A DNA stretch of 32,964 nucleotides from Spirochaetales bacterium (GTDB taxonomy: Bacteria > Spirochaetota > Spirochaetia > DTKZ01): contig JAISAF010000178.1 in NCBI GenBank assembly GCA_031266855.1, positions 1 to 32,964 of the forward strand. Direction: 5' to 3'. Both the position numbers and the translations under genes were made by a program. Under the pieces are notes generated by a model. That model saw only the letters and a list, made by a program, of their open reading frames with translations, was not told the DNA's origin and searched no databases. Positions within the stretch are counted from its first letter, which is position 1. Each line of letters starts with the position of its first letter. Positions 6,136 to 14,801 of this stretch are shown here, piece by piece.

Positions 6136-7558
6136 GGGGCTTTTTTTTGTGGAGGAAGCCGCGGCAATGACGGGCGCCAGGGTATACCGGGCTTCCGGCT
6201 TTACGGCAGGGGAAATTTCGTCTGTTTCCGTGGATTCGCGGAAGGTTCTTCCCGGCGGCCTGTTTGTTCCGCTGAAAGGGGAGAAGACCGATGGGCATTT
6301 GTATATCGCGGACGCTTTTTCCCGTGGCTGTAGTATTTCCCTGACGGACAGGGAGTACTGGGAATCGCATAAAACAGAGCTTGAGGCCGAGGCGCGGAAG
6401 TTCCGCTGCGCCTTTATTGTGGTGGATTCCGCTTTGACGGCTTTGCGGACTCTGGCTGCGCGCCATCTTGCGAAGTTCGGGGCTTTTCGTGTTGGTATTA
6501 CCGGCAGCAGCGGGAAGACAACGACTAAGGAGATCGCGGGCGCTATTCTGCGGCAGGCGGGGCCGGCGTTTATGAACGAGGGGAACCTGAACTCGGACAT
6601 CGGTTTGCCGCTTTCGGTTTTCGGGATGCGGGGCAGCCCTTATTTCGCTCTTTTCGAGATGGGCATGAACCGGGTGGGTGAAATGGATATTCTTGTGGAC
6701 ATTGTGCGGCCCCAGGCGGGGCTGATTACCAATATCGGCAGCGCTCATATCGGCATGCTTGGTTCCCGGCAGGCTATTGCGGTGGAAAAGAAAAAGCTGT
6801 TTCAGGCTCTTGCGCCCGGGCAGAGGGCGTATATGTACGAGGGCGAGAGTTTCGGGGCTTTCCTGACGGAGGGGATTCTTGCGGATCCCGCGTTTTATGG
6901 GGAGACATCCACGCCGGGCTTTCAGGGGGCTATGGATTTGGGGCTGGATGGTTTTACGCTTTTTCTTGATGGTGAAAAGCTGCGTTTCCCCCTTCCGGGG
7001 ATTTTTAACCTGCGTAACGCTTTGGGCGCGATTTCCCTGTGCGGGGGCCTGGGGGTTGGCGCGCGGGCGATACGGCAGGGGCTTGAGGCGGTGGCGCCTC
7101 TTTTTGGCCGCGGCGAGATAGTCCGCGGGGATGTTACGTTTGTCCGTGACTGTTATAACGCGAATCCTCAGTCCATGCGGAGCGCGATGGATTTTATTGA
7201 ATCCCTGGCCTGGGACGGGCGCAAGGTCGCGGTTCTGGGTTCTATGAAGGAGCTGGGCGCTTACTGCGTGGAGGAACATGGAAAGATCGGGAGGCGGGCC
7301 GCGGTTTGCGGGTTCGCGGCTGTTTTCCTTTTCGGCGAGGAGATGGAAGAGGCTTTCCGCGTTCTGGGCGAGGAGGGGTTTCGGGGAACTTCCGGCTGGT
7401 TTACGGATTTCGGGGAACTTTACCGGGCGGTGGAAGCCTTTCTTGTTTCCGGGGATATTGTGCTGGTAAAAGGTTCCCGCGGCATGGAGCTGGAACGGCT
7501 GCCGCAGGAGTTTTCCGGCAGGGGGAAGACTGGAAAAACGGGAGCGGTTCATGTTTAA
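6128..7558 (+). CDS. murF: UDP-N-acetylmuramoyl-tripeptide--D-alanyl-D-alanine ligase MurF
   Basis: Motifs DSRKVLPGGLFVPLKGEKTDGH, P-loop ITGSSGKTTTKE and DCYNANPQSM. The ATG at 6128 overlaps the ftsL stop. Alternative starts are 6116 (GTG) or 6167. Confidence 0.88.
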   Translation: MSEGLFFVEEAAAMTGARVYRASGFTAGEISSVSVDSRKVLPGGLFVPLKGEKTDGHLYIADAFSRGCSISLTDREYWESHKTELEAEARKFRCAFIVVDSALTALRTLAARHLAKFGAFRVGITGSSGKTTTKEIAGAILRQAGPAFMNEGNLNSDIGLPLSVFGMRGSPYFALFEMGMNRVGEMDILVDIVRPQAGLITNIGSAHIGMLGSRQAIAVEKKKLFQALAPGQRAYMYEGESFGAFLTEGILADPAFYGETSTPGFQGAMDLGLDGFTLFLDGEKLRFPLPGIFNLRNALGAISLCGGLGVGARAIRQGLEAVAPLFGRGEIVRGDVTFVRDCYNANPQSMRSAMDFIESLAWDGRKVAVLGSMKELGAYCVEEHGKIGRRAAVCGFAAVFLFGEEMEEAFRVLGEEGFRGTSGWFTDFGELYRAVEAFLVSGDIVLVKGSRGMELERLPQEFSGRGKTGKTGAVHV

Positions 7559-8630
7559 GGAATTTCTTTTTCCGCTGGTAAAATATTTCGGGCCGTTTAA
7601 CATTTTCCAGTATATAACTTTCCGATCCGCTTACGCGGCGATAACCGCTCTTCTTTTTTCTTTTCTGCTGGGGCCCTGGGTCATCAGGCGGCTGCGGATT
7701 CTGAAAGCGGGGCAGGAGGTGCGGGAGGACGGGCCGAAAACCCATTTAACAAAGTCCGGGACGCCGACTATGGGCGGTGTTATGATGCTTTTTGCCATTG
7801 TTCTGTCTGTTCTTCTGTGGCAGGATTTGCGTACAACATATACCTGGATTATCCTGGTTGCTCTTCTTGGTTTCGGGGCGGTGGGTTTTCTGGACGATAT
7901 TCTGAAAATAACGCGGAAGAATTCCCAGGGGCTTCCCGCGTGGGGAAAGCTGCTGGGCCAGTTTGCCGTGGCCGGTTTTATTGCCGTTTTTCTGTATATC
8001 AGGAGGACTCCTTATACCACGCTTTTGTATCTGCCTATGCTCAAGGATGCTGTTCTGGATATGGGGCTTTTGTGGATACCCTTCGCGGTTCTCCTTCAGG
8101 TGGGGTTTTCCAACGCGGTCAACCTGACCGATGGTCTGGACGGGCTGGCGACGGGGCTGGTTATTATGGTTGGTATCGCTTTCGCGGCGCTGTGCTATTT
8201 GTCGGGCAGGGCCGACTATGCCGCGTACCTGCAAATTCCCAATTTGCCGGGCGCGGGAGAGCTTGCTGTTCTGTGTATGGCATACGTGGGGGCATGCGTT
8301 GGTTTCCTTTGGTATAACGCGCATCCGGCCGAGATTATGATGGGTGATATTGGCAGCCTGTCCCTGGGCGGGGTTTTGGGAGTATTGTCACTTCTTGTAA
8401 AAAAGGAGGCGCTTCTCATTATAATTGGGGGAGTGTTCGTCATGGAGGCCGCCTCGGTAATGATTCAGGTGACGTATTACAAATTGACGAAGAAGCGGGT
8501 GTTCCTGATGAGTCCGCTGCATCATCATTTTGAATTAAAGGGCTGGTCGGAAATAAAGGTGGTTGTTCGTTTTTGGATCCTTGGCGGTCTTTTTCTGATT
8601 GTGGGACTTTCCACGTTGAAGATACAATGA
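7551..8630 (+). CDS. mraY: phospho-N-acetylmuramoyl-pentapeptide transferase MraY
   Basis: Motifs FRSAYAAITALL, KSGTPTMGG, NAVNLTDGLDGLA and PLHHHFEL. The protein is polytopic. Confidence 0.92.
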   Translation: MFKEFLFPLVKYFGPFNIFQYITFRSAYAAITALLFSFLLGPWVIRRLRILKAGQEVREDGPKTHLTKSGTPTMGGVMMLFAIVLSVLLWQDLRTTYTWIILVALLGFGAVGFLDDILKITRKNSQGLPAWGKLLGQFAVAGFIAVFLYIRRTPYTTLLYLPMLKDAVLDMGLLWIPFAVLLQVGFSNAVNLTDGLDGLATGLVIMVGIAFAALCYLSGRADYAAYLQIPNLPGAGELAVLCMAYVGACVGFLWYNAHPAEIMMGDIGSLSLGGVLGVLSLLVKKEALLIIIGGVFVMEAASVMIQVTYYKLTKKRVFLMSPLHHHFELKGWSEIKVVVRFWILGGLFLIVGLSTLKIQ

Positions 8631-8640
8631 TGAAGATATA

Positions 8641-9795
8641 ATGATGCATACGCGATTTATTCCCGAACGGACTCCCCGGAAGTCCGCCGACATTATTTTG
8701 ATTTGTCTCATTATCCTGCTCGCGGGCATGGGCCTGGGGATTCTTTTTTCCGCGTCCTATCACCGCGCTTCGGCGGTGTTTTCGAATCCCTATTATTTTA
8801 TCTACCGGCAGTGCCTATGGGCCGCCTGCGGGGCCGCCGGCGCCTGTGTGCTTTCCCGTGTTCCCCTGTCGTTTCTGAATACGATGACGCCCGCGTTTGT
8901 CGTTCTGTCGTTTGTGCTGATGCTCCTGTGCTTTGTCCCCGGCCTCGCGCCGCAGATTATGGGCGCCCGCAGGTGGATTGTTCTTTTTGGGTATTCTCTG
9001 CAACCCTCGGAGTTTGCCAAGCTTGCCCTTGTTTTGTATTTGGCTCGTATGCTGTACAGAAAGCAGGAACGGCTGGGGGATTTTGTGAATACCTTTCTTC
9101 CCCTTGTGTGCGTCGTGGGAGGCTTGAGTGTACTGACTTTCGCGCAGAATGATTTTTCTACGGCGGTTTTTCTGCTGTTTCTGGGTCTGTGTCTTTTTTT
9201 TATTGCGAATGTCAAACTCCTTTATGTGGGCGGGCTGGCTCTGGCCGCGGCCGCCGGCGGGGTGGGGCTTCTTATGACAAAAAGCCACCGCCTGCAACGC
9301 ATCATGAGTTTTTTACATCCGGGGCAGGATCCGTCGGGCGCGGATTACCAGATTCTGGCCGCGAAGGCCGCCCTACAGAAAGGGGGGCTGTGGGGGACGG
9401 GGATTGGTCAGGGAACCAGAAAACTCGGCGGCCTGCCGGAAGCTCATTCGGATTTTATTTTCGCCGTTCTTGCGGAAGAGGTCGGTTTTCTAGGCGTCGC
9501 CGCGGTGCTGGCGCTGTTTATTCTTTTCGCATACAAGGGCTATACGATTGCGCGCGGATGCGGTGAAAACCGCTATGGTTTTTATCTGGCTTTCGGGATT
9601 ACTACCTGTATTTTTGCCCAGGCTCTGATGAATATGGCGGTTGTGGCGGATCTTGTCCCCGCTACGGGTATTACCCTGCCGTTTTTCTCTTCTGGCGGGT
9701 CTTCGCTTTTTGTAACCTTCCTCCTGTGCGGTATTCTTGTTAATCTGTCCCGCACGGGGGGAACGATGGAAGGAGCCGAAAAATGGCGGACATAA
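8641..9795 (+). CDS. ftsW: SEDS-family peptidoglycan polymerase / lipid II flippase FtsW
   Basis: Motifs QPSEFAKLALVLYLA, GLPEAHSDFIFAVLAEEVGFLG and TLPFFSSGGSS, with about 10 TM segments, in the dcw context. Confidence 0.88.
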   Translation: MMHTRFIPERTPRKSADIILICLIILLAGMGLGILFSASYHRASAVFSNPYYFIYRQCLWAACGAAGACVLSRVPLSFLNTMTPAFVVLSFVLMLLCFVPGLAPQIMGARRWIVLFGYSLQPSEFAKLALVLYLARMLYRKQERLGDFVNTFLPLVCVVGGLSVLTFAQNDFSTAVFLLFLGLCLFFIANVKLLYVGGLALAAAAGGVGLLMTKSHRLQRIMSFLHPGQDPSGADYQILAAKAALQKGGLWGTGIGQGTRKLGGLPEAHSDFIFAVLAEEVGFLGVAAVLALFILFAYKGYTIARGCGENRYGFYLAFGITTCIFAQALMNMAVVADLVPATGITLPFFSSGGSSLFVTFLLCGILVNLSRTGGTMEGAEKWRT

Positions 9796-10589
9796 TCACG
9801 GAAGGGCGTTTTGCCGCAGAACGGCGCAAAACGCGGCGCGGCCGCGGTATATTTATTGTGTTTGGCATTGTGATTACTTTCCTTTTATGCGAAGGGATTT
9901 TCTATTTCGCGCTTGCGCCGAATATGCGCATTGAGAACATTATTATCGACAATGACCCTCCCCTGAAAAGAGAGGAGCTTTTGTCCGCGGCGGGTCTTCA
10001 CGGTCAGCACTACTATTTCAGGCTTGATGTGGAAACGGTCAAATCCCGCCTTGAAGCCCTGCCTTCGGTGAAGAGCGCCTGGGTGCGGAAGGTCTTTCCC
10101 GCTTCCCTGCGCATTGTGGCGCGCAGCCGCCAGCCGGTGGCTATCGCGCTTGCCGAAAGCCCTTCGGGGACAATTCCCCTGGCCTTTGATGAGGACGGGG
10201 TGGTCTTTCTTTCGGGGAGAGAGGTTCCTGAAACCAGTCTTCCCGTACTTTCGGGAATCCGTTTTGAGGATTTCCGCGCCGGGGTACGGCTGCCGGAAAT
10301 GCTGAAACCCTTTCTGGTATGCCTTATGGAACTGGAAAAATCTTCGCCGGTTCTCCTTTCGGCGTTTTCGGAAATGAAAATTGTGCGCAAGGGAAGCGGG
10401 CAGTTTGAGTTTGTTCTGTATCCCCTGTACCATCACGTGCCGGTGCGGATGGAGGGGGAACTGGATGCGCAGCGTTGCAGGATGGTTTTAATTGTTTTGG
10501 ACGCCCTGGACAGGGAAGGACTGCTGGGCAGGGTTGAGGAAATTGATTTCAGAACGGAAGACATAATTTACCGGTTTAAGGAGGGGTAA
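9783..10589 (+). CDS. ftsQ: cell division protein FtsQ/DivIB (POTRA domain)
   Basis: N-terminal TM anchor, then a POTRA-like segment (IENIIIDNDPPLKREELLSAAGL...VKSRLEALPSVKSAWVRKVFPASLRI). It sits directly upstream of ftsA. Confidence 0.75.
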   Translation: MADIITEGRFAAERRKTRRGRGIFIVFGIVITFLLCEGIFYFALAPNMRIENIIIDNDPPLKREELLSAAGLHGQHYYFRLDVETVKSRLEALPSVKSAWVRKVFPASLRIVARSRQPVAIALAESPSGTIPLAFDEDGVVFLSGREVPETSLPVLSGIRFEDFRAGVRLPEMLKPFLVCLMELEKSSPVLLSAFSEMKIVRKGSGQFEFVLYPLYHHVPVRMEGELDAQRCRMVLIVLDALDREGLLGRVEEIDFRTEDIIYRFKEG

Positions 10590-10590
10590 A

Positions 10591-11832
10591 TTGCCCTCGG
10601 ATATTGTAATTACGGGATTGGACATAGGGACCTCGCGCGTGTGCGCCGTTATTGGGGAGTTTGACGATTCGGGGCAGCTCATCATAACCGGCGTCGGGGC
10701 GGCCCCGTCTTCCGGTCTGCGTAAGGGCGGGGTTGTCAATATTGAGTCCACCCTGAAACCCATTTCCAGCGCCATTGAGGCCGCGCAGTTTATGTCGGGC
10801 AGGGAAATTTCCTCTGTTTTTACCAGCATTTCGGGTACTCATATTGAAGGTACAAACTCGCGGGGTGTGGTGGCTGTTACCGGCAAGGAAAAAGAGATAA
10901 CGCGGGATGATATTGAACGGGTTATCGGGGCCGCCCGCGCCATGCCGATTCCCATGGACAGGGACATTATTCATGTTATTCCCCAGGAATTTATTGTCGA
11001 CGGGCAGGGGGGGATACGGGATCCCCTGGCCATGATCGGCGTGCGCCTTGAAGCCGAAATACATCTGATTACAGGTTCGGTAACTTCGGCCCAGAATCTG
11101 GTGAAATGCGTAAACCGCGCGGGGCTTAAGGTCGAGTATATCGTTCTGGAAGCCCTGGCAGCGGCAAAGGCGGTTTTATCAAAGGAAGAAAAAGAGCTGG
11201 GATCCTTACTCATCGATTTGGGGGGCGGGACTACGGATATCCTGGTCTATATGGACGGTTCGCCCTATTACACCAGCGTAGTGCCCCTGGGCGGGGATCA
11301 GGTTACAGCGGATATTTCCATTATGCTGAAAACCCCGGCGGCTTCGGCGGAGAAAATAAAACGGGAGGAAGGCTGCTGCTACCCGGCCCTCGTGGAAGAG
11401 GGGCAGGAAATTATCATTCCCGGGCTGGGCGGCAGGCCGCCCCTGGCCCTGCCGAGGGAGCATTTGTGCGCGATTATCCAGCCGCGCGTTGCCGAGATTC
11501 TTACCATGGTGCGCAGCAGGATCGAATCGAAGGGTTACGCGGGAAAACTGGCGGGCGGGGTTGTCCTGACCGGCGGCGGGGCGCTTTTGCCCGGCGTTGT
11601 GGAAATGGCCCAGGATATTTTCGGATCCGCCGCGCGGATCGGCGTTCCCACGCGCCAGGGCGGGCTGACGGCGGAGTTTCAATCGCCGGATTACGCGGCC
11701 GCGGTAGGGCTTGTGATGTTTGGCGCCGAATATCTGAATCCCGAAGGGCAGGAGAATCCCGGAGGGGAGCGGCCGCCGGAAGGAGGAATTTTTCCATCGC
11801 TCAAGCGGTGGCTGAAAAATTTTCTGGAATAA
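10591..11832 (+). CDS. ftsA: cell division protein FtsA
   Basis: TTG start 5 nt after AAGGAGGGG. Actin-fold motifs ITGLDIGTSRVCAVIGE and LIDLGGGTTDILVY, and an amphipathic C-terminal tail (SLKRWLKNFLE). Confidence 0.9.
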   Translation: MPSDIVITGLDIGTSRVCAVIGEFDDSGQLIITGVGAAPSSGLRKGGVVNIESTLKPISSAIEAAQFMSGREISSVFTSISGTHIEGTNSRGVVAVTGKEKEITRDDIERVIGAARAMPIPMDRDIIHVIPQEFIVDGQGGIRDPLAMIGVRLEAEIHLITGSVTSAQNLVKCVNRAGLKVEYIVLEALAAAKAVLSKEEKELGSLLIDLGGGTTDILVYMDGSPYYTSVVPLGGDQVTADISIMLKTPAASAEKIKREEGCCYPALVEEGQEIIIPGLGGRPPLALPREHLCAIIQPRVAEILTMVRSRIESKGYAGKLAGGVVLTGGGALLPGVVEMAQDIFGSAARIGVPTRQGGLTAEFQSPDYAAAVGLVMFGAEYLNPEGQENPGGERPPEGGIFPSLKRWLKNFLE

Positions 11833-11970
11833 GTACCACATGGCAGTAAATACAGTTGTCCGGCCTTTTCAGTTTCCGGGCAATTGAAGGAACCGTACTG
11901 AAAGAACCGAACTGAAGAAACTGTTTCGATATAAAAATACAGGCTGTTTGAAGTCAGGGGGGAGGGGTAT

Positions 11971-13167
11971 ATGACTTTTAAGATTATCGACGAGATTGAT
12001 ACAGGAACAAGCCCAACACTTATCAAGGTAATAGGTGTTGGCGGCGGCGGCGGCAACGCGGTTGACAGGATGATCGCGGCAGGTTTGAAAGGCGTGCAGT
12101 TTATCGCCGTCAACACAGATTTGCAGGACTTGCAAAAATCCGGCGCGAACGAGCGCATACAGTTGGGCGCGAAGCTCACCGGGGGCCTCGGCGCCGGGGG
12201 TATTCCCGAAGTAGGGGAGAACGCCGCCCTTGAAGACAAGGCGCAGATTCAGGAGTTCATCAAAGGCGCCGATATGGTTTTCATTACCGCGGGTATGGGC
12301 GGCGGTACAGGCACAGGAGCCGCCCCCATTATCGCGCGAACAGCCAAGGAACTAGGCATTCTAACCGTCGCGGTTGTAACAAAGCCTTTTACTTTTGAAG
12401 GAAAGAAAAGGATGAAATTCGCCGAGGACGGCATCGCGAAACTCCGCGAAGGAGTGGACACCCTTATCACCATACCAAACCAGCATATCTTTAAGGTCGT
12501 TGATCCCAAAATTCCCATACGCGAGGCATTTCTCGTGGCGAATGATGTTCTGTGCCAGGGCGTACAGGGCATATCCGACATTATAACGCGCACCGGCGAC
12601 ATCAGTATCGATTTTGCCGACGTAAAGACCGTTATGCGCGAACAGGGCGACGCCCTTATGGGCATTGGAGTGGGACACGGCGAGAACCGCGCCTGCGACG
12701 CCGCCTCAAACGCCATTACCAACCAGCTTCTGGAGTTCGCCAGTATTGAAGGCGCAAAGGGCCTTCTGGTGAATGTTGTAGGCGGAAACGATTTTTCCCT
12801 CAATGACTATCAGGAAATCATGAACATCATCACCAAACACACTTCGGAAGACGCTACGATTATTTCCGGGTATTTCATGGATGAAAGCCTTGACGATGAA
12901 ATCCGGGTTACTGTTATCGCCACCGGCGCTCAGAAAGGCGGGGACGACCCGTGCGCAGACACCCCCAGTCCCGTAAGCCAGCCGCAGACCGCCTCGGCGG
13001 ACGAATATATTCCCCTCCATGTCTGGGAGAAAAAAATGGGAAACAGGCGGGCCTGCCGCACCGGGGAAATCTATACAGGCTCGGACCTTTTCGCCGCGGG
13101 CGATCTGGACATTCCCGCAATCCGCCGGATAGGACAGAATCTGCCAGGAACCCAGATGGAAAAATAA
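11971..13167 (+). CDS. ftsZ: cell division GTPase FtsZ
   Basis: Motifs IKVIGVGGGGGNAV and tubulin signature GMGGGTGTGAAP, NTDLQDL, and a C-terminal DLDIPAIRR peptide. Confidence 0.95.
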   Translation: MTFKIIDEIDTGTSPTLIKVIGVGGGGGNAVDRMIAAGLKGVQFIAVNTDLQDLQKSGANERIQLGAKLTGGLGAGGIPEVGENAALEDKAQIQEFIKGADMVFITAGMGGGTGTGAAPIIARTAKELGILTVAVVTKPFTFEGKKRMKFAEDGIAKLREGVDTLITIPNQHIFKVVDPKIPIREAFLVANDVLCQGVQGISDIITRTGDISIDFADVKTVMREQGDALMGIGVGHGENRACDAASNAITNQLLEFASIEGAKGLLVNVVGGNDFSLNDYQEIMNIITKHTSEDATIISGYFMDESLDDEIRVTVIATGAQKGGDDPCADTPSPVSQPQTASADEYIPLHVWEKKMGNRRACRTGEIYTGSDLFAAGDLDIPAIRRIGQNLPGTQMEK

Positions 13168-13184
13168 GGCGGTAAACAAAGAAA

Positions 13185-14108
13185 GTGGAACGCGCTTCTT
13201 ACCTCACAGCGTATGAAGAATATCTGGTGGCTGAAAAAAATCTCGCGCCCCTGTCCGTGGAAACATATCTGCGCGAACTGGGACGGTATTTGGATTTTTT
13301 GAAAACCAGAGGCCTGCCTCCTGAAAAAGTAGACGCGCGGCTAGTTTCTGCGTATCTTGAATCAAGAAGAGATAAAAGTGGCATTTCCGCCCGCTCTTCG
13401 GCAAAGGCCCAAAGTACCCTGCGGGGTTTTTACAGGTTTCTGGTACGGGAAGGCAAATGTATGGGCAATCCCGCGGCGGGACTGAAAATGCCGAAAATAC
13501 GCCGGTCTGTTCCGGAAGTCTTTTCGGAAAAGGACATCAACGATATCCTTGACGCCGTGAATGTGACGACTCCCGGAGGGCTTCGTGACCGCTGTCTCTT
13601 CGAAGTTATCTATTCTTCGGGGCTGCGGATTTCCGAAGCGGCCGGTCTTACCCTTGACCGTGTACACCTGAAAGAGGGTATTCTGAGGGTAGCCGGGAAA
13701 GGCCGCAAGGAACGGCTGGTTCCCGTGGGCGGGGAGGCGGACACGTGGATTCGCCGCTACCTGGGGCAGGCGCGCCCTGTCCTGGCGGCAAAGCGGTCTT
13801 CCCGGCTGAAATCCGCGCCGGAGGTTTTTCTGAATTACCGGGGAAACCCTCTGGGCCGGAAAGGAATATGGAAGCGTTTCAAGGAAATTCTTCTGAAGGC
13901 GAACGCTCACGGCAAGGTTCACGGCCTTCGGCATTCCTTTGCGACGCATCTCTTACAAGGCGGAGCGAACCTGCGTGCGGTGCAGGCTCTTCTGGGCCAT
14001 GCGGACATTTCGACGACCCAGATTTATACTCACGTAAACCAGGAAAGCCTGGAAAACGCTCACCGCAGTTATCACCCGCGGGGAATTCCGCGGCAGGAAA
14101 AAAAATGA
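13185..14108 (+). CDS. xerD: tyrosine site-specific recombinase, XerD-like
   Basis: N-terminal SAM-like core-binding domain (LAPLSVETYLREL), then [43 protein letters not shown] and [16 protein letters not shown] (the R-K-H-R-H-Y catalytic set). GTG start. Confidence 0.85.
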   Translation: MERASYLTAYEEYLVAEKNLAPLSVETYLRELGRYLDFLKTRGLPPEKVDARLVSAYLESRRDKSGISARSSAKAQSTLRGFYRFLVREGKCMGNPAAGLKMPKIRRSVPEVFSEKDINDILDAVNVTTPGGLRDRCLFEVIYSSGLRISEAAGLTLDRVHLKEGILRVAGKGRKERLVPVGGEADTWIRRYLGQARPVLAAKRSSRLKSAPEVFLNYRGNPLGRKGIWKRFKEILLKANAHGKVHGLRHSFATHLLQGGANLRAVQALLGHADISTTQIYTHVNQESLENAHRSYHPRGIPRQEKK

Positions 14109-14180
14109 AGGCGGATTATGGTATGTCCAGGGCGGCGGTATTTGATTCAACAGGGCCGGTTCAAAAACCTCTAGGTAATT

Positions 14181-14801
14181 CGGAATTTGGGCGCATTCCA
14201 CAGGGCACGGTGAGTGCCCACTATAATAAGTTTCCTATTGGAAACACCCCCGAATGGGGGATGATTCCGGGGGCGCGTGAGCGCCCGCTACAATCCTATA
14301 CCTATCGGAAAGCGACCGTCTTCGGGCGCATTTTTGGCGCACAGCGCCAAAAACCGGGCTTTCCGGGACTCCGCTACCGCTGCGGCCCCGGCGCTGTGCG
14401 CCGTGGCTGCTTCGCATCCCTCCAATCCCTTGCGCGGCGGCAGCCCGGAACCAGCTCCCTGAATTGCCGCTGGCAATTCAGGGAGCGCATAATTGCCAGC
14501 GGCAAGTATGCGCCCGCGAAATTGCCAGCAATTTCGCGGGCTGTTATGCGCACTAGGGCTGGTTGCGGAATTGCGTACGCAATTCCGCAACCAGTTATGC
14601 GCAATGGAGGCGGGCGGGTGGCAAAATCGCGAAGCGATTTTGCGCTGCCGCTGCGCGCGCGCAATGAGGCTGGTTGCGAATTTGCATTCGCAAATTCGCC
14701 CGCTGGGCGGCGCAAGGGATTGCAGCGGAAAGCCCGCAGGATTTGCAGCGGCAAATCCGAGGACTTGGAGCGGAAAGCCCGGTTTTTTGCGGAGCAAAAA
14801 A
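14181..14801. repeat. mosaic repeat composite: family B module, inverted family A arms (14349-14435 vs 14710-14787) and a central array of different palindromes
   Basis: At least 13 hairpins with 5-18-bp stems (listed in findings). 14281-14366 is about 92% identical to 31286-31371. 14713-14788 is about 95% identical to 3931-4006 and 22024-22098. 14349-14365 is the exact reverse complement of 14771-14787. Confidence 0.9.

Noticed and set aside
6038-7603. 521-aa ORF on the minus strand, antisense to murF. Similar long antisense ORFs occur at 20244-21659 (opposite hslU), 1836-2912 (opposite the GLUG gene) and 4856-5593 (opposite rsmH).
   Set aside because: The translations are Arg/Pro/Gly-rich low-complexity strings with no motifs. 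They lie exactly opposite genes with strong family signatures. Stop-poor antisense frames are expected from the codon composition.
14543-14603. Integron attC-like sites (imperfect palindromes, GTTATGC ends), considered from my recollection that a chromosomal integron has been described in Treponema denticola.
   Set aside because: The ends do not fit the RYYYAAC / GTTRRRY core sites. No intI gene is present. The genes between repeats are conserved housekeeping operons, not cassettes.
14457-14699. A possible CRISPR array, given many closely spaced palindromic units.
   Set aside because: There is no constant direct repeat alternating with unique spacers. Each unit is a different palindrome, spacing is irregular, and no cas genes are present.
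14105-14800. ORFs running through the repeat mosaics (14105 onward in frame with the TPR gene, 21740-22162, 31242-31484, plus several on both strands). The three + strand ORFs start with an ATG overlapping the upstream stop codon and share peptide strings such as RPLQS.TYRKATVFGRIFGA and KPG(F/Y)PLQ.
   Set aside because: The shared peptides are fully explained by roughly 90-95% nucleotide identity of the repeats. The region is stop-poor in most of the six frames because of its GC-rich palindromic composition. At the xerD junction the overlapping ATG lies outside the repeat. The translations are Arg/Cys/Gly/Pro-rich and look non-protein-like. The consistent frame and the start-stop overlaps are curious enough that proteomics or ribosome profiling could close the question.
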